The notes under the pieces were generated by a model. That model had not been told where the DNA came from. It made no database searches and saw only the letters and a program-made list of their open reading frames with translations. DNA of 62,000 nucleotides, taken from contig NW_019091405.1 of the NCBI RefSeq assembly GCF_001949145.1, positions 1,240,001 through 1,302,000 of the forward strand, written 5' to 3'. The position numbers and the translations under genes are program-made. Of this stretch, positions 61,966 through 62,000 are shown in pieces; the first letter of the stretch is position 1, and every line of letters starts with the position of its first letter. This stretch comes from Acanthaster planci (taxonomy: Eukaryota).

Positions 61966-62000
61966 TTAAGGGTAACATAAAAATTAGGGTGGGAGTTTAA

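Overview
Eukaryotic, intron-rich genomic DNA from a draft assembly with five N gaps: 4457-4799, 12638-13638, 23392-23583, 31162-31667 and 44707-45126. It is probably a marine invertebrate; a deuterostome such as a sea star is my guess from the repeat landscape, and is unverified. Manual splicing gave five protein-coding genes that the ORF track mostly misses. (1) An intronless STK35/PDIK1L-like pseudokinase, minus strand, 937 to <1. (2) RCE1 CAAX prenyl protease 2, minus, 9 exons, 298 aa. (3) TXNDC16/ERp90, plus, 18 exons, 824 aa, ending HTEL. (4) A complete 4-exon SDR9C-type (RDH16/HSD17B6-like) dehydrogenase nested antisense in the 10 kb intron 11 of TXNDC16. (5) The last three coding exons of mitochondrial seryl-tRNA synthetase SARS2, minus. 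A solitary, apparently intact U1 snRNA gene with a PSE-like element lies between the divergent RCE1 and TXNDC16 starts, bracketed by two direct SINE copies. The rest is SINEs, several MITE families (Sola-like, TTAA/piggyBac-like including 51-bp micro-elements, Harbinger-like) and minisatellites. The best leads are the pseudokinase, the nested antisense SDR, the unusual cysteine motifs and HTEL of TXNDC16, and a tRNA-related repeat family seen as a foldback, a head-to-head element and a tandem array. There is no CRISPR or prokaryotic system.
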